The position numbers were made by a program, and so were the translations under genes. 34,705 bases of DNA from positions 1-34,705 of the IMG/VR virus record IMGVR_UViG_3300044723_008891, one strand, 5' to 3'. Positions 34,313 to 34,705 of the stretch are shown piece by piece. The number at the start of each line of letters is the position of its first letter. Position 1 is the first letter of the stretch. The DNA is from a virus (lineage: Duplodnaviria > Caudoviricetes). A model generated the notes under the pieces. The model had not been told where the DNA came from and made no database searches. It saw only the letters and a list, made by a program, of their open reading frames with translations.

Positions 34313-34705
34313 TGAAAACCACAATCACATTTGACTATGACGTGAGAAAACGTCTGGCGATCATGTCTGGGGACCATTTTGAAGAGATACGAGAACATTT
34401 TTCAGTGCATAATGATGCAGCTAAGTATGCAAGATACAAAAATAGATTCATTCCTAGCCGAAGGTACGTGATAACACCACAAGGACGGTTCGAGCCTGGT
34501 CTATACCATGTCATAAGAGAGTTCATCCGAGAAAATGCACCAGATTGCAAGATACACATCACAGATTCGTTGAGAGAGGTGGTGAATCCTGAGTACCGAC
34601 AGGCATATAACCAAGATCGAGCCAAATTAGCACTTGAGTTGAGGGATTATCAACAAAACATAGTGGACGCATGCTTAAAACATGGTAGAGGTGTCACTAT
34701 ACTTG
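34309..34705 (+). CDS. uvsW: SF2 DNA helicase UvsW-like, 5' part (truncated by the window edge); not in the ORF track
   Basis: MMKTTITF...EIREHFS...GRFEPGLY...LELRDYQQNIVDACLKHGRGVTIL (Q-motif just before Walker A). Confidence 0.85.
   Translation, partial: MMKTTITFDYDVRKRLAIMSGDHFEEIREHFSVHNDAAKYARYKNRFIPSRRYVITPQGRFEPGLYHVIREFIRENAPDCKIHITDSLREVVNPEYRQAYNQDRAKLALELRDYQQNIVDACLKHGRGVTIL

Noticed and set aside
8403-34625. Numerous 60-160-aa antisense or alternate-frame ORFs overlapping the called genes
   Set aside because: They lie on top of motif-supported genes and have no promoter boxes or recognisable motifs.
1-34705. Stop-codon reassignment, as found in some large phages
   Set aside because: Genes are full length in the standard code, and TAA, TGA and TAG all end genes at tight junctions.
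8020-34705. tRNA, intron, intein, integrase or diversity-generating retroelement
   Set aside because: Intergenic gaps are at most about 100 nt with no cloverleaf, and I saw no reverse transcriptase, recombinase or splicing motifs.

Overview
A gene-dense, AT-rich 34.7-kb segment of a large T4-like (myovirus/jumbo-type) bacteriophage genome in the standard genetic code. The T4-like assignment rests on a gp62-like clamp-loader subunit, a GroES/gp31-like co-chaperonin, PhoH, an Hjc-type resolvase, UvsY-UvsW and about 15 T4-type late-promoter boxes. From left to right the window holds: (1) a giant repeat-built fibre/virion protein of at least 2673 aa that the ORF track missed (8019 to <1, minus strand), plus two large virion-type proteins; (2) a small replication/chaperone block including a DUF366-like protein; (3) an eight-gene glycan synthesis and decoration cluster (GT2, GT-A-like, GT47, GT7, sulfotransferase, O-acetyltransferase, GT10, methyltransferase); (4) PhoH, a P-loop kinase and a 7-deazaguanine pathway (folE, queD, queE; no queC or dpdA in the window); (5) many late genes whose products share an N-terminal leader resembling the T4 capsid-targeting/prohead-protease signal, among them a segment-swapped HIGH nucleotidyltransferase, a ligase-fold protein and a PD-(D/E)xK nuclease; (6) recombination genes. 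Almost every transcription unit has its -10 or late box 5-8 nt before the ATG, suggesting leaderless mRNAs. All product calls come from motif recognition by eye, not database searches.
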